Source of the DNA: Candidatus Dormiibacterota bacterium
GTDB lineage: Bacteria; Chloroflexota; Dormibacteria; Aeolococcales; Aeolococcaceae
Assembly: GCA_963718525.1 (NCBI GenBank)
Contig: OY970355.1
Span: 2,976,001 to 3,040,000 of the forward strand
Length of the DNA: 64,000 nt
Reading direction: 5' to 3'
Below the pieces are notes generated by a model. It had not been told where the DNA came from, ran no database searches, and saw only the letters and a list, made by a program, of their open reading frames with translations. How positions within the stretch are numbered: position 1 is the stretch's first letter; each line of letters opens with the position of its first letter. A program made the translations under genes and the position numbers. Below, one piece after another: positions 30,132 to 41,512 of this stretch.

Positions 30132-30886
30132 TCCGCGTCCTCGGTCTCCGCCTCGTTGTCCTGTGCTGGCTCCTGCTCGACGTCGGGTTCGGTGACGCGG
30201 TCCTCGCGGGTTTTTCGCTTGGTGCCACGCTCGGCGCGACCCTGTGCGGTGGGCTTGGATTCCGAGGTTGACTCGGCGCTCGCTCCGCTCGCTCCCTTGG
30301 CGCGCTTCTTGCCGTCGCCTTTGGGCGCCGGCTCAGCGGGCGTGGCTGGGCGGCTGAGCAACTCGGCACGGGCCACGACCGCGTCAGCTCTGCGCTGGGC
30401 TCGCTTGCCCACCGGTTCCGCATCCTCCGCCGCGGGCTGCGGCCCGAGCAACTCAACCGACCCGCCCGCGGACTCGACGGCGGTACGCGCGGCGGCGGAG
30501 ATCCGGTGGACCCGGAGGGTGAGCGCGTGACGCAGGCGTCCGGCCGCGAGCACCTTGACCGGCGACGAGGCCCGTGGGATCAACCCGGCTTCGGTGAGCA
30601 CGTCGGGATCCACCACCGTGTCCTTCTCGAATCGAACCAGCTTGCCGAGGTTGACCACGACGTACTCGTGCCGCCAGCGGTTGTGGAAGCCACGGAGCTT
30701 TGGCAGACGCTGCTTGAGCGGCATCTGCCCGCCTTCGAAACCGGTGGGAAGCCCCACGCTCGAGCGGGAGCCCTGGCCCTTCTGGCCGCGGCCGCTGGTC
30801 TTACCCTGGCCGGCACCCTGGCCTCGACCCACGCGTTTGCGCGGCTTGCGGCTGCCCTTCGCCGGGCTCAGCTCGTGGAGCTTCAC
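30128..30886 (-). CDS. rplO: 50S ribosomal protein L15 with ~105-aa C-terminal extension
   Basis: [29 protein letters not shown]. Confidence 0.96.
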   Translation of the reverse strand: MKLHELSPAKGSRKPRKRVGRGQGAGQGKTSGRGQKGQGSRSSVGLPTGFEGGQMPLKQRLPKLRGFHNRWRHEYVVVNLGKLVRFEKDTVVDPDVLTEAGLIPRASSPVKVLAAGRLRHALTLRVHRISAAARTAVESAGGSVELLGPQPAAEDAEPVGKRAQRRADAVVARAELLSRPATPAEPAPKGDGKKRAKGASGASAESTSESKPTAQGRAERGTKRKTREDRVTEPDVEQEPAQDNEAETEDAE

Positions 30887-31128
30887 GCCGCAGCCTCCGG
30901 CGCCGATGCAAGTTCCTGGAGGAGGGCGACGCCGGCCGGGGAATCCGCGGGCTCGCCGTTGACGGCAACCAGGTGGCGAACCTTGTGGACCATCCCGCGG
31001 ATCGAGGGCGTGGCCTCGTGCTCGACCGTGTGGTTGAGCTTGCGCAGGCCGAGCGCCGCGAGCGTTGCCTTCTGGTCCCAGGCGTAGCCGATGGCGCTCT
31101 TGCGATAGGTCACGCGAACGGTGCTCAC
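30883..31128 (-). CDS. rpmD: 50S ribosomal protein L30
   Basis: [28 protein letters not shown]. Confidence 0.96.
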   Translation of the reverse strand: MSTVRVTYRKSAIGYAWDQKATLAALGLRKLNHTVEHEATPSIRGMVHKVRHLVAVNGEPADSPAGVALLQELASAPEAAA

Positions 31129-31715
31129 GGCGCCACCATCTCGGCGGCCGGAGTCTCGGGCACGGCCGGCGTCCTGCCGAGCATGCGGTCGGCCATCTTC
31201 CGACTGCCGACGATCTGCTCCGGGGTCCGGCCCCGAAGCTCGGCCACGGAGGCGAGGGTTCGGAGGCTGGCGAGCGCCGACACGGTTGCCCGCACGACGT
31301 TGATCGGATTGTCGGTCCCGAGGCTTTTGGTGAGGATGTCCTTGATCCCCGCGGCCTCGACGACTGCGCGCATCGAGCTGCCGCTGATGACTCCGGTGCC
31401 CGGAACGCCCGGCTTGAGCATCACCTTGGCAGCGCCGAGCTTGTAGCGCACCTCGTGCGGGATCGTGGTCCCGACCATCGGCACGGTGATCATGTGTTTC
31501 TTGGCATCGTCCACACCCTTGCGGATGGCGTCCGGCACCTCGCCGGCCTTCCCCAGGCCCGCGCCGACGCGCCCCTTGCCGTCACCGACGACGACCAGCG
31601 CGCTGAACGAGAACCGGCGCCCGCCCTTGACCACTTTGGCGACACGGTTGAGCGAGACGATCTTCTCCTGAAACTCGCTGCTGCGATCATCGCGACGATC
31701 CATGCGCATGCCCAT
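31125..31715 (-). CDS. rpsE: 30S ribosomal protein S5
   Basis: [39 protein letters not shown]. Confidence 0.98.
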   Translation of the reverse strand: MGMRMDRRDDRSSEFQEKIVSLNRVAKVVKGGRRFSFSALVVVGDGKGRVGAGLGKAGEVPDAIRKGVDDAKKHMITVPMVGTTIPHEVRYKLGAAKVMLKPGVPGTGVISGSSMRAVVEAAGIKDILTKSLGTDNPINVVRATVSALASLRTLASVAELRGRTPEQIVGSRKMADRMLGRTPAVPETPAAEMVAP

Positions 31716-32089
31716 CAGAACTTCAACCCGCCCTCGCGGGCTGCCTCTGCGAGGGCCTTGACCCGCCCGTGGAAGAGATAGCCGGCGCGGTCGAACACCA
31801 CGGTGTCCACGCCGGCCGCCTTGGCGCGCTCCGAGATCGTCTTGCCGATGGCGGCCGCTCCCGCGGTGGTGCACGCATTCGCATCACCGAGCACCGAGCG
31901 GAGTGCCGGCTCGGTGGTGGAAGCGGCAACCAAGGTGCGACCGTTCTCGTCGTCGACGAGCTGTGCGCCGATGTGCCTGAGGCTGCGGAACACCGCGAGG
32001 CGCGGACGCGCGGCCGTGCCGGACACGTGCTTGCGCACGCGACGGTGGCGTCGGGCGCGAGAGGCGCGTCGATCGTGCTTGGTGAACAT
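31715..32089 (-). CDS. rplR: 50S ribosomal protein L18
   Basis: [26 protein letters not shown]. Confidence 0.98.
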   Translation of the reverse strand: MFTKHDRRASRARRHRRVRKHVSGTAARPRLAVFRSLRHIGAQLVDDENGRTLVAASTTEPALRSVLGDANACTTAGAAAIGKTISERAKAAGVDTVVFDRAGYLFHGRVKALAEAAREGGLKF

Positions 32090-32127
32090 GGTGTCAGCCT
32101 TCTACTTTCTTACTTCGATCTCGTTAC

Positions 32128-32682
32128 TTACTTGGTCTTGCCGGCCTTCCCGGACTTGCCCGCCTTGCGCCGGATCTTCTCGCCACGGTAGAGGATGCCT
32201 TTTCCCTTGTACGGCTCGGGCTTCCTGAAGGATCGAATCTTGGCGGCCACCTGGCCGACGACCTCTTTGTCAGACCCACTGACGCTGATCTGCGTGGGGA
32301 CCGGCACCTCGATCGTGATCCCCTCCGGCGGCGTGTACCGGATCGGATGCGAGTAGCCGAGGGTCAGGATGAGGTCTCCGCCCTGGCGGGCCGCCCGGAA
32401 GCCGACGCCGACCAGGTCGAGGTCGCGGGTGAAGCCGCCGCTGACGCCCTGCACCATGTTCGCCACCAGCGTGCGGGTGAGCCCGTGCAGCGAGCGATGG
32501 ATGCGCGCATCGGAGGGGCGGTTGACCGTGATCACGCCAGTCTCGACGTTGATGAGCATCGACGGCGCAAAGGTGCGCTGCAGCGTTCCGCGCGAGCCGG
32601 TGACGCTGAGGCGGTTGCCCAGTTCGAGGGCAACCTCAACTCCATCGGGGACGGGGATCGGAAGCTTGCCGATGCGCGACAT
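32128..32682 (-). CDS. rplF: 50S ribosomal protein L6
   Basis: MSRIGKLPI, RKPEPYKGKGI. Confidence 0.98.
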   Translation of the reverse strand: MSRIGKLPIPVPDGVEVALELGNRLSVTGSRGTLQRTFAPSMLINVETGVITVNRPSDARIHRSLHGLTRTLVANMVQGVSGGFTRDLDLVGVGFRAARQGGDLILTLGYSHPIRYTPPEGITIEVPVPTQISVSGSDKEVVGQVAAKIRSFRKPEPYKGKGILYRGEKIRRKAGKSGKAGKTK

Positions 32683-32689
32683 CAGACAA

Positions 32690-33085
32690 TCACCACACGA
32701 ACGCGACGACTTCGCCGCCCAGGCCGGCCCGCTGCGCGGCGCGCCCGGTCATCAATCCGCGCGAGGTCGAGATGATCGCCACTCCGAGGCCTCCGAGAAC
32801 CCGAGGGATCTCGGACTTGCGCGCGTAGACGCGCAGTCCCGGCCGGCTGATCCGGCGCAACCCGGAGAGCGCGCGACCGCGCGGGCTTCCCGGCTTGAGC
32901 GTGACCGTGAGCACCTGCATCGGCGCTTCACCCGAGACTTCGTACCCGTCGACGAAGCCTTCCTCGGTGAGCACGCGCGCGATCTCAACCTTCATCTTCG
33001 ACACCGGGATCTCCACGGTGCGGTGATGGGCCTGGTTGGCGTTGCGGATGCGGGTGAGCATATCCGCGATGCTGTCACTGGTCAT
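32690..33085 (-). CDS. rpsH: 30S ribosomal protein S8
   Basis: [32 protein letters not shown]. Confidence 0.98.
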   Translation of the reverse strand: MTSDSIADMLTRIRNANQAHHRTVEIPVSKMKVEIARVLTEEGFVDGYEVSGEAPMQVLTVTLKPGSPRGRALSGLRRISRPGLRVYARKSEIPRVLGGLGVAIISTSRGLMTGRAAQRAGLGGEVVAFVW

Positions 33086-33088
33086 GGA

Positions 33089-33274
33089 TCACCACGAACT
33101 CTTCTGGACGCCAGGTATCTGTCCGATGCTGGCGAGTTGACGGAAACAGATCCGGCACATGCCGAACTTGCGCATGTAGGCCCGCGGGCGACCGCACACA
33201 CCGCAGCGGTGGTGCGCCTGCGTCGAGTAGCGAGCTGGGCGATTCGCCTTGGCGATCAGCGACTTCTTTGCCAT
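33089..33274 (-). CDS. rpsZ: 30S ribosomal protein S14 type Z (61 aa, Zn-binding)
   Basis: RCGVCGRPR...[14 protein letters not shown]. Confidence 0.97.
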   Translation of the reverse strand: MAKKSLIAKANRPARYSTQAHHRCGVCGRPRAYMRKFGMCRICFRQLASIGQIPGVQKSSW

Positions 33275-33277
33275 CGT

Positions 33278-33844
33278 TCAGTTCTTCCTGAAGGGCATGC
33301 CGAGCCCCGTGAGGAGCGAGCGGCCCTCAGCGTCTGTACGAGCGGTGGTCACGATGCAGACCTCGAGCCCGCGAAGCTTGTCGATCTTGTCGTAGTCGAT
33401 CTCCGGAAACACGAGTTGCTCGCGCAACCCGAGGGTGTAGTTGCCATGGCCATCGAACGCCTTCGGATCGACGCCGCGGAAGTCTCGAATGCGTGGGAGC
33501 GCAACGTTGAGCAACTTGTCGAGGAAGTCGAACATGCGCCGCCCCCGCAGGGTGACTTTGACACCGATGGGCATTCCCTCGCGCAACTTGAACGCGGCGA
33601 CGGACTTGCGTGCCCGGATGACGATCGGCGCCTGGCCGGTGATCAACTTCAGGTCGGCAATCGCCGCGTCGATTGCGCGGGCATTGGTGATCGCCTCGCC
33701 GAGGCCGATGTTGATCACCACCTTCTCGACGGACGGCACCTGCATCGCATTCAAATACCGGAACTCGGCAACCAGTGCAGGCACGATCTCGTCGATGTAC
33801 CTGCGCTGCATGCGCGGCAGCTCGGCGACGGTCTGGACAGCCAT
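33278..33844 (-). CDS. rplE: 50S ribosomal protein L5
   Basis: [38 protein letters not shown]. Confidence 0.98.
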   Translation of the reverse strand: MAVQTVAELPRMQRRYIDEIVPALVAEFRYLNAMQVPSVEKVVINIGLGEAITNARAIDAAIADLKLITGQAPIVIRARKSVAAFKLREGMPIGVKVTLRGRRMFDFLDKLLNVALPRIRDFRGVDPKAFDGHGNYTLGLREQLVFPEIDYDKIDKLRGLEVCIVTTARTDAEGRSLLTGLGMPFRKN

Positions 33845-34245
33845 CAGACTTGCGCCCTTTCGTAGGTCTCGCCGCACTTCTTGCACACGATCACGCGACG
33901 TCCGAGCTCATTCACCGTATGCGCGATCCTGGTGCGTTTGTCGCAGCGGTTGCAGACGAGCATGACGTTGCTGTACGCGACGGGACCGTCGAAGTCGACG
34001 ATGCCACCCTGAATGTTGCCCTGGACGCCAGACTTGGTGTGCCGCTTCAGGATGTTCACACCACTCACCGCGATGCGCTGCTGGTCCGGCAGGATGCGCT
34101 CGACAACGCCGCGCTTGCCCTTGTTCTTGCCGCTGATGACTTCAACGTTGTCGCCCTTGCGGATATCCAGCGGGCGCAGATGCCCGCTGGCCCAGCCCTC
34201 GTGAATGAGCGTGGAGCGGCGCCGGCGTTCGACCCTCGTCGCCAT
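33844..34245 (-). CDS. rplX: 50S ribosomal protein L24
   Basis: [22 protein letters not shown] motif; C-terminal CNRC...CKKC. Confidence 0.96.
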   Translation of the reverse strand: MATRVERRRRSTLIHEGWASGHLRPLDIRKGDNVEVISGKNKGKRGVVERILPDQQRIAVSGVNILKRHTKSGVQGNIQGGIVDFDGPVAYSNVMLVCNRCDKRTRIAHTVNELGRRVIVCKKCGETYERAQV

Positions 34246-34246
34246 C

Positions 34247-34615
34247 TCAGATCACCTCGGGAGCGAGGCTGACGATCTTCATGAAGTTGCGCTCGCGCAG
34301 CTCGCGGGCCACCGGGCCGAAGATGCGCGACCCACGCGGGTTGTTCTGAGGCGTGATCAGCACCGCGGCGTTCTCATCGAAGCGGATGTTGCTGCCGTCG
34401 GGCCGCTTGTACTCCTTGGTGGTCCGCACCACGACCGCGCGAACCACGTCGCCCTTCTTCACCTGGGCGTTCGGTTGCGCCACCTTGACGGTGCCGATGA
34501 TCACGTCACCCACCGAGGCGTACTTGCGATAGCTGCCGCCAAGGACACGGATACAGAGCAGCTCGCGCGCGCCGCTGTTGTCCGCCACCTTGAGCACGGA
34601 TTCCTGCTGGATCAT
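34247..34615 (-). CDS. rplN: 50S ribosomal protein L14
   Basis: [35 protein letters not shown]. Confidence 0.98.
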   Translation of the reverse strand: MIQQESVLKVADNSGARELLCIRVLGGSYRKYASVGDVIIGTVKVAQPNAQVKKGDVVRAVVVRTTKEYKRPDGSNIRFDENAAVLITPQNNPRGSRIFGPVARELRERNFMKIVSLAPEVI

Positions 34616-34616
34616 C

Positions 34617-34892
34617 TCAGCGAGCCTTCTCCAGAACTTCGGCAACACGCCAGCGGATCTCCTTCGAGATCGGACGCGTCTCGACGATCCGCACTCGGTC
34701 ACCGATGCCGCAGCTCTCGTCGTCGTGCACCTTGAAGCGCGTGCTGTGTCGCACGACCTTTTTGTAGAGGGGATGCGGTTTGCTGATCTGCACCAGCACG
34801 ATCACCGTCTTCTCCATCTTGTCGCTCACGACGACACCGTCGCGCACCTTGCGGCGTCCGCGAGCTGGCGAAGTTGCCGTCACGTCACTCAT
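34617..34892 (-). CDS. rpsQ: 30S ribosomal protein S17
   Basis: [31 protein letters not shown]. Confidence 0.97.
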   Translation of the reverse strand: MSDVTATSPARGRRKVRDGVVVSDKMEKTVIVLVQISKPHPLYKKVVRHSTRFKVHDDESCGIGDRVRIVETRPISKEIRWRVAEVLEKAR

Positions 34893-35289
34893 CGACATTC
34901 TCCTGGGCGTCTGCGGTGTCCGCGACCGGTTCGGCCGCTTCGGAGGACTCGGCGACGGGAATCGCAGCGGGAACCACTGCCGGCACCTCGAGGCGCGCGG
35001 GCTTGGGCTCGCGCGGGGCACGAGCGGGCTTGGGTTTCGGCCGGACCGGGCGAGCGGCGACCGCCTCGATGAGCGCCGGGCGCAGGCCGCGTTCGATCTC
35101 GATCTTCACCGTCATCGCCCGGGCGATCTCATGGCGGATCTCGCGGACCTGGCGGTGGTTCTCCACCTGTCCGGTCGCCTGCTGGAAGCGAACCTCGAAC
35201 AGTCGCCGGCGCTGCTTGCTCAGATGATCGTCGAGCTCGGCAACCGTCATCCGGCGGAGTTCGTTGAGTGCATCAGCCGTCTTGGTCAC
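34885..35289 (-). CDS. rpmC: 50S ribosomal protein L29 with ~70-aa C-terminal extension
   Basis: [10 protein letters not shown]...[15 protein letters not shown]...IARAMT. Confidence 0.95.
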   Translation of the reverse strand: MTKTADALNELRRMTVAELDDHLSKQRRRLFEVRFQQATGQVENHRQVREIRHEIARAMTVKIEIERGLRPALIEAVAARPVRPKPKPARAPREPKPARLEVPAVVPAAIPVAESSEAAEPVADTADAQENVDE

Positions 35290-35726
35290 AGCGTTGCAGC
35301 CTCCAGGTCAGAGCCCGTCTCTTCGCGAATCAGAAACCGCGTCTTGATGGGCAGCTTGAACGCGGCGAGGCGCATCGCCTCCTGCGCGGTCTCGCGGGTG
35401 ACGCCGGCCATCTCGAAGAGCACACGACCGGGCAGCACCACGGCGACCCAGCCCTCGGGCTGACCCTTACCGCTTCCCATGCGTGTCTCAGCCGGCTTCT
35501 TGGTGAAGGCGTGATCGGGAAAGATGCGAATCCAGATCTTGCCGCCACGCTTGACGTGACGGGTCATGGCGCGCCGGGCTGCTTCGATCTGCCGGTTGGT
35601 CATCCAGCACTGCTCGGTCGCCTGGAGACCGTAGGTCCCGAAGTCGAGCTTGTTGCCACGTTGCGCAGCACCGGTCCGGCGCCCGCGATGGAGCTTGCGA
35701 TGCTTGGTTCGCTTCGGCATCAGCAT
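35286..35726 (-). CDS. rplP: 50S ribosomal protein L16
   Basis: [25 protein letters not shown]. Confidence 0.98.
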   Translation of the reverse strand: MLMPKRTKHRKLHRGRRTGAAQRGNKLDFGTYGLQATEQCWMTNRQIEAARRAMTRHVKRGGKIWIRIFPDHAFTKKPAETRMGSGKGQPEGWVAVVLPGRVLFEMAGVTRETAQEAMRLAAFKLPIKTRFLIREETGSDLEAATL

Positions 35727-35728
35727 CG

Positions 35729-36742
35729 CTATTCCTCCTCTTCTTCGGGGCCGTCGACCGGCGCATCCGCTTTCTTGACGAGCTTCTTGGGTGCGCGCGA
35801 CACCGACGCCGGCTTCTTCGCGACGACCGGCTTCCGGCGTGCGGGAGCTCGCTTGGGTGTGAGCTTCTCGACCTTGTCGCCACCGGCGGCGGGATCGACA
35901 CCGGTGGCAGCGATCACTGCCTCATCCTCATCGATCTCGACCACGTCATCGGTCGGGACCTCCTCGGTATCGGCGTCGGGAACGTCGACGGTCTCGATGA
36001 CAGCCGCCACCTCTTCTGCCGGTGCCTCGGCGACGCGTGCGGCGGGCACGGGGACGCGATCCTCGAGCCCGCGGTCTTCCGCGCGATCCTTGCCGGGTGC
36101 GATCGGCTCGCCGGTCGCGGTCACGAAATCGCCGAGGTACAGCCAGCACTGGACGCCGATGCGGCCAAATGTGGTGCGCGCCTCCGCTTTTCCATAGTCG
36201 ATGTTCGCGCGCAGCGTGTGGAGCGGTACCCGACCGTCGCGATCCCACTCGCGACGTGACATCTCGGATCCACCGAGCCGGCCGCTCACCTGGATCTTCA
36301 CGCCCTTTGCGCCCGCCCGCATGCTCCGCATCAGCGTCTGCTTGAGCGCCCGGCGGAAGGCGATGCGCTTCTCGAGCTGCGAGGCGACGTTCTCGGCAAC
36401 GAGCGTGGCGTCGAGCTCGGGTGTCTTGATCTCGTGGATGGTGACCCGCACCTTCTTGCCGGAAATCCGCTCGAGCTCGTCGCGAAGCGCGTCGACCGAT
36501 GCACCCTGCTTGCCGATGACAATGCCGGGTTTCGCGGTCTGGATGATCACGGTGAGCTGGTTGGCGCTGCGCTCGGTCTCGATGCGCGCCAGGCCCGCAT
36601 TGCGCAGGCGGCTGCCGATGAGGCGCCGCATGGCGATGTCCTCATGCAGGAGCTTCGTGTATTCCTTGTCGGCGTACCAGCGAGCGTCCCAGTTCCGGTA
36701 GACGCCGAGCCGGAAACCGATCGGATTGACCTTCTGACCCAT
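35729..36742 (-). CDS. rpsC: 30S ribosomal protein S3 with ~125-aa C-terminal extension
   Basis: [31 protein letters not shown]. Confidence 0.98.
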   Translation of the reverse strand: MGQKVNPIGFRLGVYRNWDARWYADKEYTKLLHEDIAMRRLIGSRLRNAGLARIETERSANQLTVIIQTAKPGIVIGKQGASVDALRDELERISGKKVRVTIHEIKTPELDATLVAENVASQLEKRIAFRRALKQTLMRSMRAGAKGVKIQVSGRLGGSEMSRREWDRDGRVPLHTLRANIDYGKAEARTTFGRIGVQCWLYLGDFVTATGEPIAPGKDRAEDRGLEDRVPVPAARVAEAPAEEVAAVIETVDVPDADTEEVPTDDVVEIDEDEAVIAATGVDPAAGGDKVEKLTPKRAPARRKPVVAKKPASVSRAPKKLVKKADAPVDGPEEEEE

Positions 36743-37243
36743 CTACTCAGCCTCTTCCGTGGTGGGCTTGGGTGCACGGCGGCGCACCGGGCGTGGCGTG
36801 GCTGCGCCACCCGCGGCCGGCGTGGTTGCCGCGGCCGGCGTGACGACTGGAGCGGGCAGGACGGTCCGAGGCATCTTCACGGCCCGGCGTTGACGCACGT
36901 TCGTGGGCGCCTCATCGTCGGTGACGAAGGCGCGCAGGTGGCTCGTCCTCTTGAAGATGCTACCGGCCATGCCGCGCGGCTTGGCTCGCCAGCGCTTGAT
37001 GATCATGGCGCCATCGACCTCAACGCGCGCGACCCGCAGCGAGGACGCATCGAGGTTGTAGTTGTGCTCGGCATTCGCGGCCGCCGACTTGATCACCTTG
37101 GCAATGTCCACAGCGGCTGAGCGCGGCGAAAACTGGAGCACCACCAACGCCTCGGCGACCGGCAGGCCGGTGACCATGGCGGACACGAGCCGAGCCTTGC
37201 GAGCGGTGGTGCGAACCCATTTCGCGGTTGCGACAACTTCCAT
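36743..37243 (-). CDS. rplV: 50S ribosomal protein L22 with C-terminal extension
   Basis: RKARLV, SAAANAEHN, KRTSHL. Confidence 0.97.
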   Translation of the reverse strand: MEVVATAKWVRTTARKARLVSAMVTGLPVAEALVVLQFSPRSAAVDIAKVIKSAAANAEHNYNLDASSLRVARVEVDGAMIIKRWRAKPRGMAGSIFKRTSHLRAFVTDDEAPTNVRQRRAVKMPRTVLPAPVVTPAAATTPAAGGAATPRPVRRRAPKPTTEEAE

Positions 37244-37249
37244 CTCTCT

Positions 37250-37534
37250 CTACTTCAGCGCCGTGCTGCGTTCGGTGTGGTGCCCGTGTCCGCGGTAGCG
37301 ACGGGTGTGCGCGAACTCACCGAGCTTGTGGCCGACCATCGTTTCGGTGATGAGCACTGGAACGTGCTTGCGTCCGTCGTGCACCGCGATGGTGTGGCCG
37401 ACCATCTCCGGAAAGATGTCGCTGCGACGCGACCAGGTCTTGATGATCCGCTTCTCACGCGACATGTTGAGCTGCTGCACCTTCTTGAGGAGGTGGTCAT
37501 CGCAGAACGGCCCTTTCTTGAGCGAGCGACCCAT
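37250..37534 (-). CDS. rpsS: 30S ribosomal protein S19
   Basis: [24 protein letters not shown]. Confidence 0.98.
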   Translation of the reverse strand: MGRSLKKGPFCDDHLLKKVQQLNMSREKRIIKTWSRRSDIFPEMVGHTIAVHDGRKHVPVLITETMVGHKLGEFAHTRRYRGHGHHTERSTALK

Positions 37535-37536
37535 GG

Positions 37537-38361
37537 TTACTTGTCCCGCCGGCGCACGATCAGCCGATCAGTGCTCTTGTTGTGACGGGTGCGATAACCG
37601 AGCGCGGGCTTGCCCCATGGGGTCTGCGGGTTGCCACCCGCGCCGCTCCGTCCTTCGCCGCCGCCGTGAGGATGATCGAATGGGTTCATGGTCATGCCAC
37701 GAACCGACGGACGAATCCCCCGCCATCTCGACTTCCCGGCCTTGCCGACGACTTCGTTCTCGTGATCGACGTTGCCGACCTGTCCAATCGTGGCACGGCA
37801 GCGAACGTCGATGAGCCGGACCTCGCCGCTGGGCATGCGGACCTGCGCGTAGGCGCCTTCCTTTGCAAGCAGCTGCGCCGCGGTTCCGGCGCTGCGAACC
37901 AGCTGAGCGCCACGCCCGAGCTTGACCTCGAGATTATGAATCGTGGTGCCGAGCGGGATGTTCGTGATCGGCAGCGCGCAACCTGGACGGATCTCGGCGG
38001 ACTCACCGGAGCTGACCACGTCGCCGACGTTGAGCCCGTGCGGCGAGAGGATGTAGCGCTTGTCGCCGTCGGCATACACCACCAGGGCGATGCGCGCGCT
38101 GCGATTCGGGTCGTACTCGATCGTCTTCACCTTGCCGGGCACGCCGTCCTTCTGGCGCTTGAAGTCGATGAGGCGATACGTCTTCTTGTGACCGCCGCCC
38201 TGGTGACGCACCGTGATGCGTCCGGACGCGTTGCGTCCGCTGTGCTTCTTGAGGTGCTCGACCAGCCGGCGCTGCGGTGCGCTCTTGGTCACGCCCTCGA
38301 AGCTGCTCACCGACATGAATCGGCGGCCGGGGCTCGTCGGCTTGTATTTCTTAGTGGGCAT
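37537..38361 (-). CDS. rplB: 50S ribosomal protein L2
   Basis: [25 protein letters not shown]. Confidence 0.98.
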   Translation of the reverse strand: MPTKKYKPTSPGRRFMSVSSFEGVTKSAPQRRLVEHLKKHSGRNASGRITVRHQGGGHKKTYRLIDFKRQKDGVPGKVKTIEYDPNRSARIALVVYADGDKRYILSPHGLNVGDVVSSGESAEIRPGCALPITNIPLGTTIHNLEVKLGRGAQLVRSAGTAAQLLAKEGAYAQVRMPSGEVRLIDVRCRATIGQVGNVDHENEVVGKAGKSRWRGIRPSVRGMTMNPFDHPHGGGEGRSGAGGNPQTPWGKPALGYRTRHNKSTDRLIVRRRDK

Positions 38362-38681
38362 CAGACGCCTTCAAACAATCCTTCGATCTTCTGGCCTGCG
38401 CCGAGAGTCACGATCGCCTTCTTCCAGTCTGGGCTCTGGCCGATCACGCGCGTCTGGCCCCGCGAACGGCGGCGCTTCTTGCCACGCACGTTGATCGTGT
38501 TGACGTCGATGACGGTGATCTTCTGATCCACGAACGCCTCTTCGAGAGCGCGCCGGATCTGGATCTTCGTCGCCGACGGATGGCAGCGGAACACGTAGCG
38601 CCCCGACGCCATCGACGCGTACGACTTCTCGCTGATCACGGGCAGGACCAACACCTGCTCGAAGCTGCGCGCGGAGGTCAT
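38361..38681 (-). CDS. rplW: 50S ribosomal protein L23
   Basis: [22 protein letters not shown]. Confidence 0.97.
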   Translation of the reverse strand: MTSARSFEQVLVLPVISEKSYASMASGRYVFRCHPSATKIQIRRALEEAFVDQKITVIDVNTINVRGKKRRRSRGQTRVIGQSPDWKKAIVTLGAGQKIEGLFEGV

Positions 38682-39301
38682 GCGAACGCCTCCTCGATGT
38701 GCTCGATGGCGTCACGCGTGACGATCACCGTATCGGCGCCGATGATGTCGCGCACCGACAGGTTGCCGGCAAGCGTCAGACGCACCTCGGGGATGTTGCG
38801 GGCGCTCTTCTCGAGCATCTCGTTGTGCGACCCGAGGACGACGAGCACCCGGCGAGGCCCGTCGACGCTGCGGATCAGCTCGGCGACAGCCCGGGTGCGC
38901 GGCGCCTCGAGCTCGAAGCTTTCGAGCACGAGCAAACCGCCGTCCTGGGCCTTGGCCGACAGCGCGCTGCGCAGCGCAAGGCGGCGCTGCTTGCGCGGCA
39001 TCTCGATGCGGTAGGAGCGTGGATGCGGACCGAAGACGATGCCGCCACCCTCCCACTGCGGGGAGCGAGTCGAACCCTGGCGAGCACGCCCGGTCCCCTT
39101 CTGGCGATATGGCTTGCGTCCTCCGCCTCGAACATCGCTGCGGGTCTTGGTCGACGACGTGCCCTGGCGACCGTTGGCGAGCTGACGGATCAGGGCCTGG
39201 TGCATCACGGACTCGTTGGGCTCGATCCCGAAGATGGCCTCGGGGAGCTCGACCGTTCCGGTCTCGACGCCCGTCTGATCGACGACGCGCGCAGTGCTCA
39301 T
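38678..39301 (-). CDS. rplD: 50S ribosomal protein L4
   Basis: [26 protein letters not shown]. Confidence 0.98.
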   Translation of the reverse strand: MSTARVVDQTGVETGTVELPEAIFGIEPNESVMHQALIRQLANGRQGTSSTKTRSDVRGGGRKPYRQKGTGRARQGSTRSPQWEGGGIVFGPHPRSYRIEMPRKQRRLALRSALSAKAQDGGLLVLESFELEAPRTRAVAELIRSVDGPRRVLVVLGSHNEMLEKSARNIPEVRLTLAGNLSVRDIIGADTVIVTRDAIEHIEEAFA

Positions 39302-39939
39302 GCCTGCGCTCCGATGACCGCTGAACGGTCGCTGTCGCGGATCATGACCACCTGGTTCTTGTGACCGGGAACGGACCCGTGGACGAGGAGCAGGTGGCGC
39401 TCCGTGTCGACGCGCACGACCTCGAGATTGCGCACCGTGACCTGGGTTGCTCCGTGCTGACCGGCCATCTTGAGGCCCTTGAACACGCGCGCCGCGTCGG
39501 TGGAACCGATCGAGCCGGCCTGCTTGATGTTGTGCGATCCGTGCGACACGGGACCGCGGTGGAAGTTGTGGCGCTTGTGCTGCCCAGAAAACCCCTTGCC
39601 CTGGCTCACGCCGGTGACGTCGATGCGCTGCCCGGCGGTGAACATGTCGACGCTCAGCAGCGTGCCCGGCGTGGCGTCGCCGGCGTCGCGCAACTCCTTC
39701 AACCGCGACAGCGGCTGGAGCCCGGCGCGCTTGAAGTGACCGCGCATCGGCTTGGAGGTCCGCTTCACGGCCTTGTCGCCAAAACCGAGCTGGAGCGCGT
39801 CGTATCCATCGGAGCCGACCGTCTTGCGCTGCACGACACGGCAGGTGTCCGCCTCCAGGACCGTCACCGGGACCGACGTCCCCTGCGGCGTGAAGATCTG
39901 CGTCATGCCCACTTTGCGGGCGAGAATGCCTTTGCTCAC
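39298..39939 (-). CDS. rplC: 50S ribosomal protein L3
   Basis: [34 protein letters not shown]. Confidence 0.97.
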   Translation of the reverse strand: MSKGILARKVGMTQIFTPQGTSVPVTVLEADTCRVVQRKTVGSDGYDALQLGFGDKAVKRTSKPMRGHFKRAGLQPLSRLKELRDAGDATPGTLLSVDMFTAGQRIDVTGVSQGKGFSGQHKRHNFHRGPVSHGSHNIKQAGSIGSTDAARVFKGLKMAGQHGATQVTVRNLEVVRVDTERHLLLVHGSVPGHKNQVVMIRDSDRSAVIGAQA

Positions 39940-40241
39940 AGCTTGATCTCGATGTTGACGCCGCTCGGGAGGTTGAGGCGCATCAGCGCGTCGACCACCT
40001 TGGGATTGGCGTCGAGGATGTCGAGGATCCGCTTGTGGGTGCGCATCTCGAACTGCTCCCGCGAGTCCTTGTCGATGAACGGCGAGCGCACCACGGTGTA
40101 CTTGTTGATGGTGGTGGGCAGGGGCACCGGGCCAGCAACACGTGTCCCCGTGCGCGTAGCCGTCTCCACGATCTTCGACGCGGCCTGGTCGAGGACGCGA
40201 TGATCGTAAGCCTTGAGGCGGATGCGAATTTTCTGGGGCAC
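39936..40241 (-). CDS. rpsJ: 30S ribosomal protein S10
   Basis: [29 protein letters not shown]. Confidence 0.98.
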   Translation of the reverse strand: MPQKIRIRLKAYDHRVLDQAASKIVETATRTGTRVAGPVPLPTTINKYTVVRSPFIDKDSREQFEMRTHKRILDILDANPKVVDALMRLNLPSGVNIEIKL

Positions 40242-40279
40242 GGTGTTCCTAGGGTTCCTCTGCTCTTTTCAGCGAGTGT

Positions 40280-41470
40280 CTATTTTTCGATCGATGTGAC
40301 GGCGCCGGCACCCACGGTACGGCCGCCCTCGCGAATCGCGAAGCGCATGCCGTCCTCGACCGCGATCGGGGTGATCAGCTCGATGCCCATCTCGACGTTG
40401 TCCCCGGGCATGCACATCTCCTGGCCTTCCGGGAGCGCGATGGTACCTGTCACGTCGGTGGTCCTGATGTAGAACTGGGGACGGTAGCCTGTGAAGAACG
40501 GGGTGTGACGTCCGCCTTCGTCCTTGCTCAGCACGTAGACCTGGGCCTTGAACTTGGTGTGCGGCGTGATCGTTCCGGGCTTGGCGAGCACCTGTCCGCG
40601 CTCGACATCCTCGCGCTTGACGCCGCGGAGAAGGCAGCCGACGTTCATGCCCGCTTCACCAGCATCCAGCAGCTTGTGGAACATCTCGACACCGGTCACC
40701 ACCGACTTGACGGTGTCCTTGATGCCCACGATCTCCACCGGTTCGTTGACCTTGATAATGCCGCGATCGATGCGGCCGGTGACCACGGTCCCGCGACCTT
40801 CGATCGAGAACACGTCTTCGATCGGCATCATGAACGGACGCTCAACAGGACGCATCGGCACCGGGATGTAGGTGTCGACGGCCTCCATGAGCTTGAGCAC
40901 GCCGTCGACGGCGTCCTTGTCGCCTTCGAGCGCCTTGAGCGCAGACACGCGGACGACGGGGATGTCGTCACCGGGGAAGTCGTAACGGCTGAGGAGCTCA
41001 CGGACCTCGAGCTCGACAAGCTCGAGCAGCTCCTCATCGTCGACGGCGTCGCACTTGTTGAGCGCGACGACGATGTACGGGACACCGACCTGGCGTGCGA
41101 GCACGATGTGCTCCCGGGTCTGGGGCATCGGACCGTCGGTCGCGGCGACCACCAGGATCGCGCCGTCCATCTGGGCGGCGCCGGTGATCATGTTCTTGAT
41201 GTAGTCGGCGTGCCCGGGGCAGTCGACGTGCGCGTAGTGACGCGTCGCTGTCTCGTACTCGACGTGCGCGGTCGCGATGGTGATACCGCGGGCTTTCTCT
41301 TCAGGAGCGTTGTCGATCTTGTCGAACGAGACGAACGCGTTATCGCCTCCGACGTTCTCGGAGAGGACCTTGGTGATCGCAGCCGTGAGCGTGGTCTTGC
41401 CATGGTCGATGTGACCGATGGTTCCGACGTTCACGTGCGGCTTGGTGCTCTGGTACTTCTTCTTGCCCAT
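40280..41470 (-). CDS. tuf: Elongation factor Tu
   Basis: [33 protein letters not shown]. Confidence 0.99.
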   Translation of the reverse strand: MGKKKYQSTKPHVNVGTIGHIDHGKTTLTAAITKVLSENVGGDNAFVSFDKIDNAPEEKARGITIATAHVEYETATRHYAHVDCPGHADYIKNMITGAAQMDGAILVVAATDGPMPQTREHIVLARQVGVPYIVVALNKCDAVDDEELLELVELEVRELLSRYDFPGDDIPVVRVSALKALEGDKDAVDGVLKLMEAVDTYIPVPMRPVERPFMMPIEDVFSIEGRGTVVTGRIDRGIIKVNEPVEIVGIKDTVKSVVTGVEMFHKLLDAGEAGMNVGCLLRGVKREDVERGQVLAKPGTITPHTKFKAQVYVLSKDEGGRHTPFFTGYRPQFYIRTTDVTGTIALPEGQEMCMPGDNVEMGIELITPIAVEDGMRFAIREGGRTVGAGAVTSIEK

Positions 41471-41512
41471 TTCGTGCCTCTACTTAACTCCTGCGCTCTC
41501 CGATGGTCTCAA

